Below are positions 29,145 through 38,818 of a stretch of DNA of 64,000 bases, one piece after another. The translations under genes and the position numbers were made by a program. The notes below the pieces were generated by a model that saw only the letters and a list, made by a program, of their open reading frames with translations, made no database searches and had not been told where the DNA came from. How positions within the stretch are numbered: the stretch's first letter is position 1; each line of letters begins with the position of its first letter. The DNA is from Ruminococcaceae bacterium UBA3215. GTDB lineage: Bacteria > Bacillota > Clostridia > Oscillospirales > Ruminococcaceae. The DNA lies in contig DEWH01000005.1 in assembly GCA_002363155.1 (NCBI GenBank), positions 44,005-108,004 of the forward strand, in the 5' to 3' direction.

Positions 29145-30043
29145 TGACCTCCCACCATACTGAGATATACCTGTTCGAGAGTGGGACGGGAAAGCTTTAC
29201 TTCCGATACCGGCACGCTGTTGTCCGCAAGTATCTTCATAGCGGCAAGCATACCCTCTTCCCCGTTCTCTGTCTCGGCGATAATGAGCCCGGTCTTTTCG
29301 ATATAATCGACTCTTTTCGCAAAATCCGCTCTCTTTATCAGATCTCCCACCGCAGGATCGGGTCTTGGAAGCTGTATCTCGATACTGTCGAGACCGTAGC
29401 TTGCGAGGATATCCCCGATACTTCCCTCCGCGGCAAGTCTGCCGTCATTCATTATCCCGACGCGGTTCGCCACACGCTCCACATCGCTCAGTATATGAGT
29501 GCAGAGAAGTATGGTACAGCCGGTATCCGAAAGGGTGCGGATTATGCTCATCACCTCCGCGCGTCCCTCCGGGTCAAGTGCCGAAGTCGGCTCGTCGAGG
29601 ATCAGCAGATCCGGCTTGTTTATTATCGCCGCGGCTATGCCGAGACGCTGGTTCATACCGCGGGAGTAGCCTTTGATGCGCCTTTTCGCGTCCTCGGTCA
29701 TTCCCGTAAGCGCAAGAACGGCGGCAATACGCTTTTTCACGTCTCCCTCGTATTTCGCGCAGTACGCTATATATCCGAGATACTCATACCCGTTCATGTA
29801 ATCGTACATCGACGGCGTTTCCGGCAGGTAACCGATCTTTATATTGTTCGTCCCGTCCTCGCCGAGGATTATCTCCCCTGCGTCCTTCGGGATTATATTG
29901 CAGATAATGCTCATTGTTGTTGTCTTTCCGCAGCCGTTCCTGCCGAGAAAGCCATAGACATCACCCTTGTTTATCTTCATATAAAGCCCGTTCAGAACAT
30001 TGAATTTCTTGTAGCTTTTATGAAGGTCCTTGATTTCAAGCAA
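29135..30043 (-). CDS. ABC transporter ATP-binding protein
   Basis: GRNGCGKTT, YSRGM and LDEPT motifs. Confidence 0.93.
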   Translation of the reverse strand: MLEIKDLHKSYKKFNVLNGLYMKINKGDVYGFLGRNGCGKTTTMSIICNIIPKDAGEIILGEDGTNNIKIGYLPETPSMYDYMNGYEYLGYIAYCAKYEGDVKKRIAAVLALTGMTEDAKRRIKGYSRGMNQRLGIAAAIINKPDLLILDEPTSALDPEGRAEVMSIIRTLSDTGCTILLCTHILSDVERVANRVGIMNDGRLAAEGSIGDILASYGLDSIEIQLPRPDPAVGDLIKRADFAKRVDYIEKTGLIIAETENGEEGMLAAMKILADNSVPVSEVKLSRPTLEQVYLSMVGGHWR

Positions 30044-30065
30044 GCTTCTGCCTCCTTATAGACCG

Positions 30066-30770
30066 TTACTTTACTCTCGGTTTTCTTCCGGTAAGGAACT
30101 CCACCGAGCGTTCTATCGAGCTTCTGACGTGTTCCATTTCCGGCTTGTGCAGGTTTCCGGCATTTCGGTAGTCAAAGCTGTTGCAGAAGTCATTCACGTC
30201 CGCGTTCAGCTGTTTTACATACTCTTCCACAAGCGTATCGAGATCCTTCTGAAATGATGACAGTTCACCCTTCTGCAGCTTTTCTGCTGACTTCTGGTTC
30301 AGCATATTGTAATGCGGCACGCATACATATTCCTGCGCCTTGAACAGTTTTCTGAACTTTTCGTCCTTAGAGTACATTGTGAAGAACGTTTCAAGCATGT
30401 GGTCTATGCCCCACTGCACCTTGCTGCACACAAAGCAGGACTCTTCTATCCCCGCCGATTTTTTCGCCTTGGTGTTCTTTGAGAAGAAAATGCTCTTTTT
30501 CTCAAATATATTATGTCTCGCATTTTCAAGGTAGCTGTTGAGCATAAGTGCAAGCGAAAGCCGGTTGTTCTGCTGCATCAGCATCTCGAAATGGGTGTGG
30601 CAGAAGCCCAGCTCATTTGTCTCCATACGAACGTCCGGCTCCATCATAGCCGCGCCCATGATGTATTCGCAGATATGCTGCTCGACCGTATCTCTCATAC
30701 GGCAGAACGGGCAGCCTTCTTTAGGCTCGAAGACTTCGTTTATCGGTATCGTTAAAATACTTTCTCTCAT
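30066..30770 (-). CDS. DUF6062-like Cys/His-rich protein
   Basis: CPFC, GFCHTH, CFVC and CVPH motifs; SFDYRN. Confidence 0.7.
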   Translation of the reverse strand: MRESILTIPINEVFEPKEGCPFCRMRDTVEQHICEYIMGAAMMEPDVRMETNELGFCHTHFEMLMQQNNRLSLALMLNSYLENARHNIFEKKSIFFSKNTKAKKSAGIEESCFVCSKVQWGIDHMLETFFTMYSKDEKFRKLFKAQEYVCVPHYNMLNQKSAEKLQKGELSSFQKDLDTLVEEYVKQLNADVNDFCNSFDYRNAGNLHKPEMEHVRSSIERSVEFLTGRKPRVK

Positions 30771-30787
30771 TTCAAACCTCACTTTGT

Positions 30788-31008
30788 CAATGCACAATTT
30801 TTGTCAATGCACAATGCACAATTCACAATGCACAATTTATGTTGCGGCTGCGCCGCATATCTGAATTGTGACAAAGCGGCGGGTTATGTGTCACAATTTC
30901 AACAAATGCTGTAACTGGAATATATTCTTTCGATTCTCGTCACGATTCAGATTCGTCTGCCGCAGGCAGACACCACAATTGTGCATTGTGCATTGTGAAT
31001 TGTGCATT
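30788..31008. mobile_element. Heptamer-armed MITE-like element, family B full copy
   Basis: Inverted terminal arrays of CAAT(G/T)CA and TG(C/A)ATTG; inner 16-bp inverted repeat. Confidence 0.7.
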
Positions 31009-31010
31009 TA

Positions 31011-31676
31011 TCAGAGATTCCAGTCTATCGGCTCTATGCCTTTGCTTTCGAGGAAAGCGTTGCATTTCGAGAAGTGACGGCAGCCGAAGAAGCCGTAATG
31101 CGCGGAGAGCGGGGAGGGGTGCGGGGCAGTGAGGATACAGTGCTGCGGATTCGTGATAAGCGGCACTTTCGCCTTTGCGTTGCCGCCCCAGAGAATGAAT
31201 ACCACAGGCTGTTCGCGCTCGTTGAGCAGCGAGATCACACGGTCTGTGAATATCTCCCAGCCCTTGCCCTTGTGGCTGTTAGCCTGACCCTGGCGCACGG
31301 TCAGCGACGTGTTGAGAAGCAGAACGCCCTGCCTTGCCCAGTTTGTGAGATCTCCGGTCTGCGGTATCGGGATACCGAGATCGGAGTTCAGTTCCTTATA
31401 AATATTTTTCAGCGACGGAGGCGGTTCTACTCCCGGTCTTACCGAAAATGCAAGTCCGTGCGCCTGTCCCGGCTCATGGTAGGGATCCTGCCCGAGTATA
31501 ACTGCTTTTACCCGGCTGTATGGCGTAAAGCGCAGAGCGTTGAAGATGTCATACATATCCGGGTAGATAGTGAAGCTCTTGTACTCGCTTTTCAGAAATC
31601 CCCGGAGCTGCAGGTAGTATGGCTTGCCGAATTCGCCTTCAAGCAGCCCGTCCCAGTCGTTACCGATGTTTACCAC
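31011..31676 (-). CDS. ung: Uracil-DNA glycosylase
   Basis: GQDPYH, HGLAFS, PPSLKNI and HPSPLS motifs. Confidence 0.96.
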   Translation of the reverse strand: MVNIGNDWDGLLEGEFGKPYYLQLRGFLKSEYKSFTIYPDMYDIFNALRFTPYSRVKAVILGQDPYHEPGQAHGLAFSVRPGVEPPPSLKNIYKELNSDLGIPIPQTGDLTNWARQGVLLLNTSLTVRQGQANSHKGKGWEIFTDRVISLLNEREQPVVFILWGGNAKAKVPLITNPQHCILTAPHPSPLSAHYGFFGCRHFSKCNAFLESKGIEPIDWNL

Positions 31677-31679
31677 AGC

Positions 31680-32153
31680 TTAATCCTCTATCCAGACCTT
31701 CTTCATAATTACCGGAGTCTTCGGCTTGTCGGAGTAGTCGGTCTCGGTCTCCGCGATCTCATCTACCGCGTCCATACCGTCGATAACCTTTCCGAATGCC
31801 GCATAGCTTCCGTCAAGGTGCGGAGCGTCCTTGTGCATGATGAAGAACTGGCAGCTTGCGGAGTTCGGATCCGCAGCTCTCGCCATGGAGATAACACCGC
31901 GGGTGTGCTTAAGATCGTTCTCAAAGCCGTTGGCAGCAAACTCACCCTTGATATGCTCGCCGGAATTGCCTGTGCCGTTTCCGTGAGGGCAGCCGCCCTG
32001 GATCATAAAGCCGTATATTACTCTGTGGAATGTAAGCCCGTTGTAGAAGCCCTTGTTTACCAGCTTTTCAAAGTTTGCCACCGTCTCCGGCGCGATTTCC
32101 GGATAAAGCTCCAGCTTTATCTGCTTTCCGTTTTCAAGTTCGATTATTACCAT
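31680..32153 (-). CDS. Cyclophilin-type peptidyl-prolyl isomerase
   Basis: FHRVIYGFMIQGG, SMARA and QFFI motifs. Confidence 0.94.
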   Translation of the reverse strand: MVIIELENGKQIKLELYPEIAPETVANFEKLVNKGFYNGLTFHRVIYGFMIQGGCPHGNGTGNSGEHIKGEFAANGFENDLKHTRGVISMARAADPNSASCQFFIMHKDAPHLDGSYAAFGKVIDGMDAVDEIAETETDYSDKPKTPVIMKKVWIED

Positions 32154-32154
32154 T

Positions 32155-33477
32155 TCAGTTTTTCCTTCCGTTTATAATTGTTTTTATAAGTATTGCTCCT
32201 GCCGCGATCACAGCCACCGCAAGTACAGCAATAATAACGTAAAATACCGTTCCGTCAGCATTTTCTATGCTTTTCGGCTCATTTTCCGGAGCAATTCCGG
32301 TCTGAGTTGTTTCCGCGGGAGCGGTTTCGCTGTCCTCTGCCGCTGTGTCCTGGGTTTCAGCGGCAGTTTCTCCCGTCTCGCCGTCACCGCCTCCTATCGG
32401 CGCAGTCTCCGTCTTTGCGGAGAAATAACTGCGTCTTTCTGCCTTGTCGGCACGGTGGCTGTGAGCGAATGCCTCATCGCTGATGTCGAAGAACATCGGG
32501 CGCGTTTTGATATTGTTGAACTCGCCGTTCTTGTAAACTCCGGTGCCGTCCCAGCAGGGATCGACCCATACCCACCGCGACTCCTTCTCATAGTAGAAAG
32601 CCGCAAATTCGTGGTTCTGTACGCCGTCTGCCAGCGTTTCGTAAGGCATACTTTCGGTTATCACGCCGCCCTTGATGTTAACGGCATCTATCCCCGCAGC
32701 CTCCGCCATAGCGCAGAAGAGGTTCGCAAATCCGGCACAGGTAGTCCTGTCCGAGCGCAGTACGTTGTACAGCGCTATCGTGTTTATATCGACGTCCGTT
32801 ACCCTCGCATCTTCGTCATAGAATATTGTTCCCGCTACAAATTCGGAAATAGCGCGGGCCTTTTCGTAATCGTCCTCGATGCCTTCCGTGACGTTGCCGG
32901 TAAGCGCCTGTATCTGTTCGAGAGCGGTATTTATCTCTGCCGGATCAGCCGAGGGGCTGAGATACAGTGCGGCCGCCTGCGCCGGAGCCTCGTAGATATG
33001 CTCAAAAACATTCCGGTTCAACTTTTCAAGCCCGTTCAGCGGGAAATACCAGCCGGAACCGTCGTAGAATATGCGGTACTGCATAACAAGATCGCTGTCG
33101 GTTTTGAGAAGGAGGATATACGCTCCTTTTTCCGGCGCAAGAGTGAGTACAGCATCGTATGTGCCGTCCTTCTGCGCATTCATGGAATAGGTGCCGGAAG
33201 CGTCTTCGAGAGTTTTTATGAACATCTTCCGTATCTTTGCGGAAGTGTATTTTCCCCGCGCTTCGATCCTGTTCCCGGCGGCTTCTATAACAGAATAGTT
33301 ATCCTCCGTAGCTGAGGTGCGGAGGATATTTGTTCTGCCGGGCGGTTCGGTGTAGTCTTCCGAGTGTACGGTGAGCCGGAACAAAACGGCAGCCGCGAAT
33401 ATCAGAAAACAACACATAAAAATCAGTTTTACCCGCTTTTCGTAAGAAAAGCGGGCGTGGATATGATAAGAGTGCAT
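32155..33477 (-). CDS. Transglutaminase-like domain protein with N- and C-terminal TM segments
   Basis: TCAGFA, NHEF and VDPCWD (Cys-His-Asp triad). Confidence 0.8.
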   Translation of the reverse strand: MHSYHIHARFSYEKRVKLIFMCCFLIFAAAVLFRLTVHSEDYTEPPGRTNILRTSATEDNYSVIEAAGNRIEARGKYTSAKIRKMFIKTLEDASGTYSMNAQKDGTYDAVLTLAPEKGAYILLLKTDSDLVMQYRIFYDGSGWYFPLNGLEKLNRNVFEHIYEAPAQAAALYLSPSADPAEINTALEQIQALTGNVTEGIEDDYEKARAISEFVAGTIFYDEDARVTDVDINTIALYNVLRSDRTTCAGFANLFCAMAEAAGIDAVNIKGGVITESMPYETLADGVQNHEFAAFYYEKESRWVWVDPCWDGTGVYKNGEFNNIKTRPMFFDISDEAFAHSHRADKAERRSYFSAKTETAPIGGGDGETGETAAETQDTAAEDSETAPAETTQTGIAPENEPKSIENADGTVFYVIIAVLAVAVIAAGAILIKTIINGRKN

Positions 33478-33495
33478 AGGATCTTTGTGCGTAAA

Positions 33496-34542
33496 TCAGA
33501 CCATCTTTCTGAATTCTTCCTTGTCCGGGCTGTACATCATAGCCACTTCACGGGTGATGACGCCGTCGCGGGCAAGTCTCTTAAGGCTCTCGTTCATGGT
33601 CCTCATTCCGGCTGAAACGTTGGAAGCCATTACCTGCTCGATAAGGTGGGTCTTTTCGGTACGGATATCGTTTGCGCAGGCGTCGTTGTTTATGAGTATC
33701 TCGAATGCCGCAACACGTCCTCTGTCTGTGTTGATGCAGGGCAGGAGCGCCTGCGAGATAACGCCTCTGAGGTTCTGGGAGAGCTGCATGCGGATCTGGT
33801 TCTGCTCTTCGGACGGAAATACGTCGATGATACGGTTGACTGTCTGCGCAGCGCCGGTGGTATGGAGAGTACCGAGAACGAGATGTCCTGTTTCGGCGGC
33901 GGTTATAGCAAGACGGATAGTTTCGAAGTCACGCATCTCTCCGACGAGGATAACGTCCGGATTCTCACGAAGGCCGCTTCGCAGCGCGGTATTGAAGTCG
34001 GAAACGTCGGTGCCGATCTCACGCTGGTGGATAGTAGCAAGCTTGGGCTCGTAGATATACTCGACAGGATCCTCGATTGTGAGAATGTGGCAGGGGCGGA
34101 CGTTGTTTATCTGATCTACCATTGTTGCAAGAGTGGTGGACTTTCCGGAACCGGTAGGCCCGGTAACGAGGATAAGTCCCTTCATCTCTTTGGTAAGCTC
34201 GATAGCCGCATTCGGGAGCATGATGTCCTTGAATGAGGGAACGTGTTCGTTGAGCAGTCGGATAGCAGCGGCAAGCTTACCGCCGTTCTGGTGGTAAACA
34301 TTGACTCTCTGGCGTCCGCCGGTAGAGCAGGTGAAGGAGAAGTCGATATCACGACCTTCGCCGACGCGTCTTTCCTGATCTGCGGAGAGCATGGAGAGGA
34401 TAAGCTTGTTTGTATCGTCGTCCTTCATATCGAACTTTTTAAGGTCGCCGTTTATACGGATAGATGTAGGAGCGCCAACGGTAAGATGCACGTCGGACGC
34501 GTTTTTGCTTCTTGCAAAATTAATAAGCTGATCTAATGTCAT
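33496..34542 (-). CDS. pilT: PilT/PilU family type IV pilus ATPase
   Basis: GPTGSGKSTT, TIEDPVE, GEMRD and ETGHLVLGTLH motifs. Confidence 0.92.
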   Translation of the reverse strand: MTLDQLINFARSKNASDVHLTVGAPTSIRINGDLKKFDMKDDDTNKLILSMLSADQERRVGEGRDIDFSFTCSTGGRQRVNVYHQNGGKLAAAIRLLNEHVPSFKDIMLPNAAIELTKEMKGLILVTGPTGSGKSTTLATMVDQINNVRPCHILTIEDPVEYIYEPKLATIHQREIGTDVSDFNTALRSGLRENPDVILVGEMRDFETIRLAITAAETGHLVLGTLHTTGAAQTVNRIIDVFPSEEQNQIRMQLSQNLRGVISQALLPCINTDRGRVAAFEILINNDACANDIRTEKTHLIEQVMASNVSAGMRTMNESLKRLARDGVITREVAMMYSPDKEEFRKMV

Positions 34543-34583
34543 GGCTTTATTCCTGTCCTTTCATTGCCGGTTGATACTGTTGC

Positions 34584-35135
34584 TTACTTTATTCTGAACT
34601 GAATACCGCTTACGGAGAGGTAAACCTCCTGGGCGGTGTTTGCAATACGCTGGTTTACCGCACCGAGTATATCTCTGAAAGATGTCTGCTCGCTGCTGAG
34701 GGGCATTACCGAGAATCCGGGTTCGAGGGTGATTATGACGAGAGCTCCGTTTATCTCAACTACCTTATCCATACATTCTATGACCTTGTTGACAGCCTCG
34801 GAACGTATCGTTTCATACTCTTCCTTTGTGATATTGTTGATATCGGCGGCTTTTTCGCGCATAAGGCTTGCGACGTAGCTTCCGAGATCATCTAAAATGA
34901 AGAACTTGTGATCCTTTATCAGCGGAACGGGATCCTTGACATCGTTCACAATCTCCCATTCAACTTCATTTTCCTTTGTGGAATACTCCAGTCGGTGGAG
35001 CGTCTCCTCGGGCATCTCGGGACTCGTATTCATGTAAAGAACATTGTCGCACGTCCTGAAATATGAGATCGCCCAGCGGCTTTTTCCGCTTGCTGCTCCG
35101 CCTGTAACGAGGGTTATGCTTGCCATTTTGTTCAT
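34584..35135 (-). CDS. CobU/CobP-like P-loop protein (divergent)
   Basis: LVTGGAASGKS and FRDILGAVNQRIA...VYLSVSGI motifs. Confidence 0.75.
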   Translation of the reverse strand: MNKMASITLVTGGAASGKSRWAISYFRTCDNVLYMNTSPEMPEETLHRLEYSTKENEVEWEIVNDVKDPVPLIKDHKFFILDDLGSYVASLMREKAADINNITKEEYETIRSEAVNKVIECMDKVVEINGALVIITLEPGFSVMPLSSEQTSFRDILGAVNQRIANTAQEVYLSVSGIQFRIK

Positions 35136-35372
35136 ACCTCCCGAGGCTCCTTTGAATTGTAAGATTTAAACCGCATATTTTAACCATAACAGAAAAAATA
35201 CACATTTTAATTATATACAATTTTATGAAAAAAGTCAAGTTTTTTCTTCCTGTGATAGTGTTTTGCCGGCAGCAAAATATTGCACAAAAAGGACTTGTAT
35301 TATTTGTTTATTTGTGATATAATAAATAATATATGTTTATTATATAGTATATTTCAAAAGGGGATAATATCA

Positions 35373-35936
35373 ATGGACAGATTTTCGGAACAGCTTGTCA
35401 CCAAACAGTCCACCGGCAGGGATATGTTTCTTCGCGGGCTATATCTCGCGGCTGCGTTGCTGCTTGTTGCGGCATTTGTGTTCTTTCTCGGTGCATTCGG
35501 GCTGTGGATACTCGTGATCGCGCTTTCCGCGGCAGTTGTATGGGGGCTGGTCTGGCTGATACAGGGTACCTTTATAGAGTACGAGTATATCGTGACCAAC
35601 GATGACCTCGATATCGACAAGATCATCGGAAAGCGCAAGCGCAAGCGCCTTATTACGGTAAGCCTCCGCTCGGTAAAGGAGATCGCGGAATATACCGGCG
35701 ACAAGGCGGTGAACGCGGATGTGAGCGTTATTGCCCATGACGAGACAGGTGTGGGAATGTTCTATATCGTGAGCGAGTCCGACAAGTACGGCGATCTTGC
35801 CGTTATCTTCAACCCGGACAAGCGTACTTTATATAATATGATCGGCGGTTTCGCTCCCGCGGTAAGAGCAAAGTACAACGAGCTTTATGAGCAGGTCGCG
35901 CCTTCCGATGCGGAAAAAGACGCAAATAACGACTGA
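35373..35936 (+). CDS. DUF6106-like membrane protein
   Basis: EQLV, two TM segments, EYEY...DLDIDKII.KRKRK. Confidence 0.75.
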   Translation: MDRFSEQLVTKQSTGRDMFLRGLYLAAALLLVAAFVFFLGAFGLWILVIALSAAVVWGLVWLIQGTFIEYEYIVTNDDLDIDKIIGKRKRKRLITVSLRSVKEIAEYTGDKAVNADVSVIAHDETGVGMFYIVSESDKYGDLAVIFNPDKRTLYNMIGGFAPAVRAKYNELYEQVAPSDAEKDANND

Positions 35937-36085
35937 TATCAACATATTGTATTTTGCAATAACTTTTACACAATATACAGAATTTGCCGTCAGCCGATAA
36001 TAAAATTTTTCGGAAAAATTTCGGGCAATCTGAAACTTTTTTGACCAAATCTCCTACTACCTATATGTAGGGGGTAAAAAGCGAG

Positions 36086-36637
36086 GTGAGCTTTTTGGGA
36101 AGCGATGCGCTTGATGCCTATTTCAACAAAGTCTATGGCGATACGTTCAAAGCGGTGTCGCGCTTCGTTGTCAGCAAATGCGGCAGCGTGCAGGACTCCG
36201 AGGACATCGTTCAGAATATCTATACCCGTTTTTATCAGCGCATTGCCAAAAAAGGGTACGAAGATATCGAAAGCGCCGAGGCTTTTGTTATCAATATCGC
36301 GAAGTTTGAATGCAGAAATTACTTCGGCTCGATCAAGAAAAACAGCGTAAGCACAAGCTTCGCTGATTATACCGAAGAACAGATGGTCGAGATCGAAGCC
36401 GAGATGTCAAAAGAGCAGAAAAGCCTTGAAGACGTACTCTGCAACGAGATGCTCGCAAAACAGATCTTCGAGGATATCGCAAGAGACGATCCCGTTATCG
36501 GACGTATCTTCTATCTGCATTTCGTATGCGATATGAAGCTCGACGAGATCGCCAGAGAGCTTGATCTTACCCTTTCTTCCGTGAAAAATAAGCTCTATCG
36601 TACAATAGAACGCCAGAAGAAGAAATTCAATCTTTAA
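36086..36637 (+). CDS. ECF-type RNA polymerase sigma factor
   Basis: DSEDIVQ (region 2) and EIARELDLTLSSVKNKLYR (region 4). Confidence 0.88.
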   Translation: MSFLGSDALDAYFNKVYGDTFKAVSRFVVSKCGSVQDSEDIVQNIYTRFYQRIAKKGYEDIESAEAFVINIAKFECRNYFGSIKKNSVSTSFADYTEEQMVEIEAEMSKEQKSLEDVLCNEMLAKQIFEDIARDDPVIGRIFYLHFVCDMKLDEIARELDLTLSSVKNKLYRTIERQKKKFNL

Positions 36638-36673
36638 TGCCCTTAAAATCAATAGGAAAGGAGGAACAGCCTG

Positions 36674-38560
36674 ATGAATAAAAACGACTTTTATAAGGAG
36701 CTTTTTGAAAGATACGCTCTCGATGAAGAGAAAATACGTCAGAACGCCCTTAAAGCCGCTAAAACTCCCGCCTGGAAAAGAGCCGTAAGCACTCACTGGA
36801 AGACCGCTGTCGGCGCAGCTGCGGCAGTTGCGGTAACAGTCGGCGCAGTCACCTATATCGCGGGTCAGAACCCCGTTATAGATATTGTTCCCTCCGAGAC
36901 TATGCTCTCCGCTTCGCAGAGACTTAAGGACGCAGAAGACAACTATATGAATACAGCGTCCGAGAACGAGGGTATGACAGATATATATGTCTCCTTTGCC
37001 GAAAATGTGTGTTACAGCGATATGAAAGTATCGTTCTCGGCAGTTCCCGATGCAGATGATATTACAGTTGAAGCGCTCTACCTTTCGGACGGTACGCTCC
37101 TCAAGGGAAGAGCCGATATAGATGCTTACGCCGAAACAAATTCCGCCGATAAGGCAATAGCCGGCGCAAAGCTTTACGCTCCCGCGAAATGTCTGCGCGA
37201 TATATGGGATCTCTCTTCCGTAAATATCGCAGAGCTCGCTTCGCAGGATCTTAACGACGACACATTCGTGCCTATTGCTGATGAAGACCCGCTCAGAGGC
37301 GATTCCGATACCGCTTCGACAACAGCCGCTCCGGAAGTTCCCGCTTCTACCACGGAGTTCTCGTTCGTTACAGAGAAGCCTGTCAGTGAGACATCATACA
37401 GTGCTTCCGTTCAGCCGGTAACTTCGGAAATCACGGAGGATCCCGAACTTGAGGATCCCGAGCAGTCGCAGGCACCCGATTATACAGAACCCGAAAACGA
37501 CGATACAACTCAGCCTGCCGAAACAGATGAGCCCGATATCGTTATAGAAGAGACTGATGAACCCGATGAGACAGCCGCCGAAAGCGATGTTCCCGCAGTA
37601 ACAGATGTTCCGCAGACTTCCGAAAGTGAGATCAGCGTAGCCGTTACCGAGATATCCGACGCTCCCGATATCGGTCTTATGACACAGGTATATCAGCTTA
37701 ATGTCGAAAATGCGCTCGACACGATCCTTGTGGGCAACTACGCTGTGGTTCTTAACAGAAACGCAGTTTACTGCTACACCCTCGGCGGGCTTGCAGCACA
37801 GCCGAAGGTCTGCGAGATATCCAATCCGAAGGCTGCCTATACTGACAACGGCAATGTGATAATCACCGGCTGCGGTCAGGACGGACTCAGAAATGTCATC
37901 GTGGTGCTCGATACCGCGTCCGGCATCTTCTACAGCAGCGATGTAAGGACCAGCCTCGGCGAATCCGAGATCGGCACGATCAACTACGCTGCGGCAGAGG
38001 GGAAATTCTTCCTCAAGGCAGTATCCGCGTCCAAGACCTATATCTATGAAATAACTCTCAACGCGGAGACCGGTATCCAGTTCCGCCCGCTGTTTGAGTA
38101 CTCCGGAGCAGTTTCGCTCGCCGGATACAGGAACAACAGGCTCTGGTTCACCGCCGCAGACGAGAATTTAAGTTACAGTCTCTATTCGTTCGACTGCACA
38201 AACGGCGCGCTCAGGACCGACTACACGTTCAAAGCCGAATGCAAGATACGCAGAAGTGCTTCCTTTGACAGCTTCATAGTTTCCGTAAACAACGAAGATG
38301 AAGGCATTACCGAATCCTTCGTTTATGACGTAAGCCGTGAAATGCTGATAAAGACCGAGCTTGGCGGAGAATCCGCGATAGCTGTGAAGCACGGCAGCAT
38401 CTATATCGGCACAAACGGCAAGAACTACACTCTCAATTCAGACGGTTCGCTTACCGAAACGAACGCCCGCATTGATTTCGCCGGCAAGCCTGCCACGAAT
38501 TACAACATCTATTCCGCAGATGCCGAAAAGGTTGTAGTTTCCGAGAAACACGGCTGGTAA
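36674..38560 (+). CDS. Putative anti-sigma factor with large extracellular region
   Basis: Follows the ECF sigma; short N-terminus, one TM, acidic T/P/E linker, beta-rich C-terminus. Confidence 0.6.
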   Translation: MNKNDFYKELFERYALDEEKIRQNALKAAKTPAWKRAVSTHWKTAVGAAAAVAVTVGAVTYIAGQNPVIDIVPSETMLSASQRLKDAEDNYMNTASENEGMTDIYVSFAENVCYSDMKVSFSAVPDADDITVEALYLSDGTLLKGRADIDAYAETNSADKAIAGAKLYAPAKCLRDIWDLSSVNIAELASQDLNDDTFVPIADEDPLRGDSDTASTTAAPEVPASTTEFSFVTEKPVSETSYSASVQPVTSEITEDPELEDPEQSQAPDYTEPENDDTTQPAETDEPDIVIEETDEPDETAAESDVPAVTDVPQTSESEISVAVTEISDAPDIGLMTQVYQLNVENALDTILVGNYAVVLNRNAVYCYTLGGLAAQPKVCEISNPKAAYTDNGNVIITGCGQDGLRNVIVVLDTASGIFYSSDVRTSLGESEIGTINYAAAEGKFFLKAVSASKTYIYEITLNAETGIQFRPLFEYSGAVSLAGYRNNRLWFTAADENLSYSLYSFDCTNGALRTDYTFKAECKIRRSASFDSFIVSVNNEDEGITESFVYDVSREMLIKTELGGESAIAVKHGSIYIGTNGKNYTLNSDGSLTETNARIDFAGKPATNYNIYSADAEKVVVSEKHGW

Positions 38561-38627
38561 ACAGCCTCGCGAATATATAAATATCCTCCTGTGAAATATC
38601 GCAGGAGGATTTTCCATTATATTCAGC

Positions 38628-38800
38628 AGAGAATAACTAACCGAGGTGGTGTCGCTGCCGTTTTATATGCGCGCATCGTGCGCGCTTTTGACGGCAACTA
38701 CCATTGCTTCGTACAATGCACCCGCCCATTGAAGAATGTCGCTGCGCATTTCGCCGCGGGGCGTTCCCCGCCGCCGTCCGCGTAGGACACGCGCGAAAGC
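38628..38800 (+). repeat. Mosaic repeat (C module with inserted D hairpin)
   Basis: GAATAACTAACCGAGGTGG...CCCGCCCATTGAAGAATGT...GCGGGGCGTTCCCCGC; matches 56770-56845 and the reverse complement of 44640-44692. Confidence 0.8.
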
Positions 38801-38818
38801 GCCGGTGCAGGAACTGAC

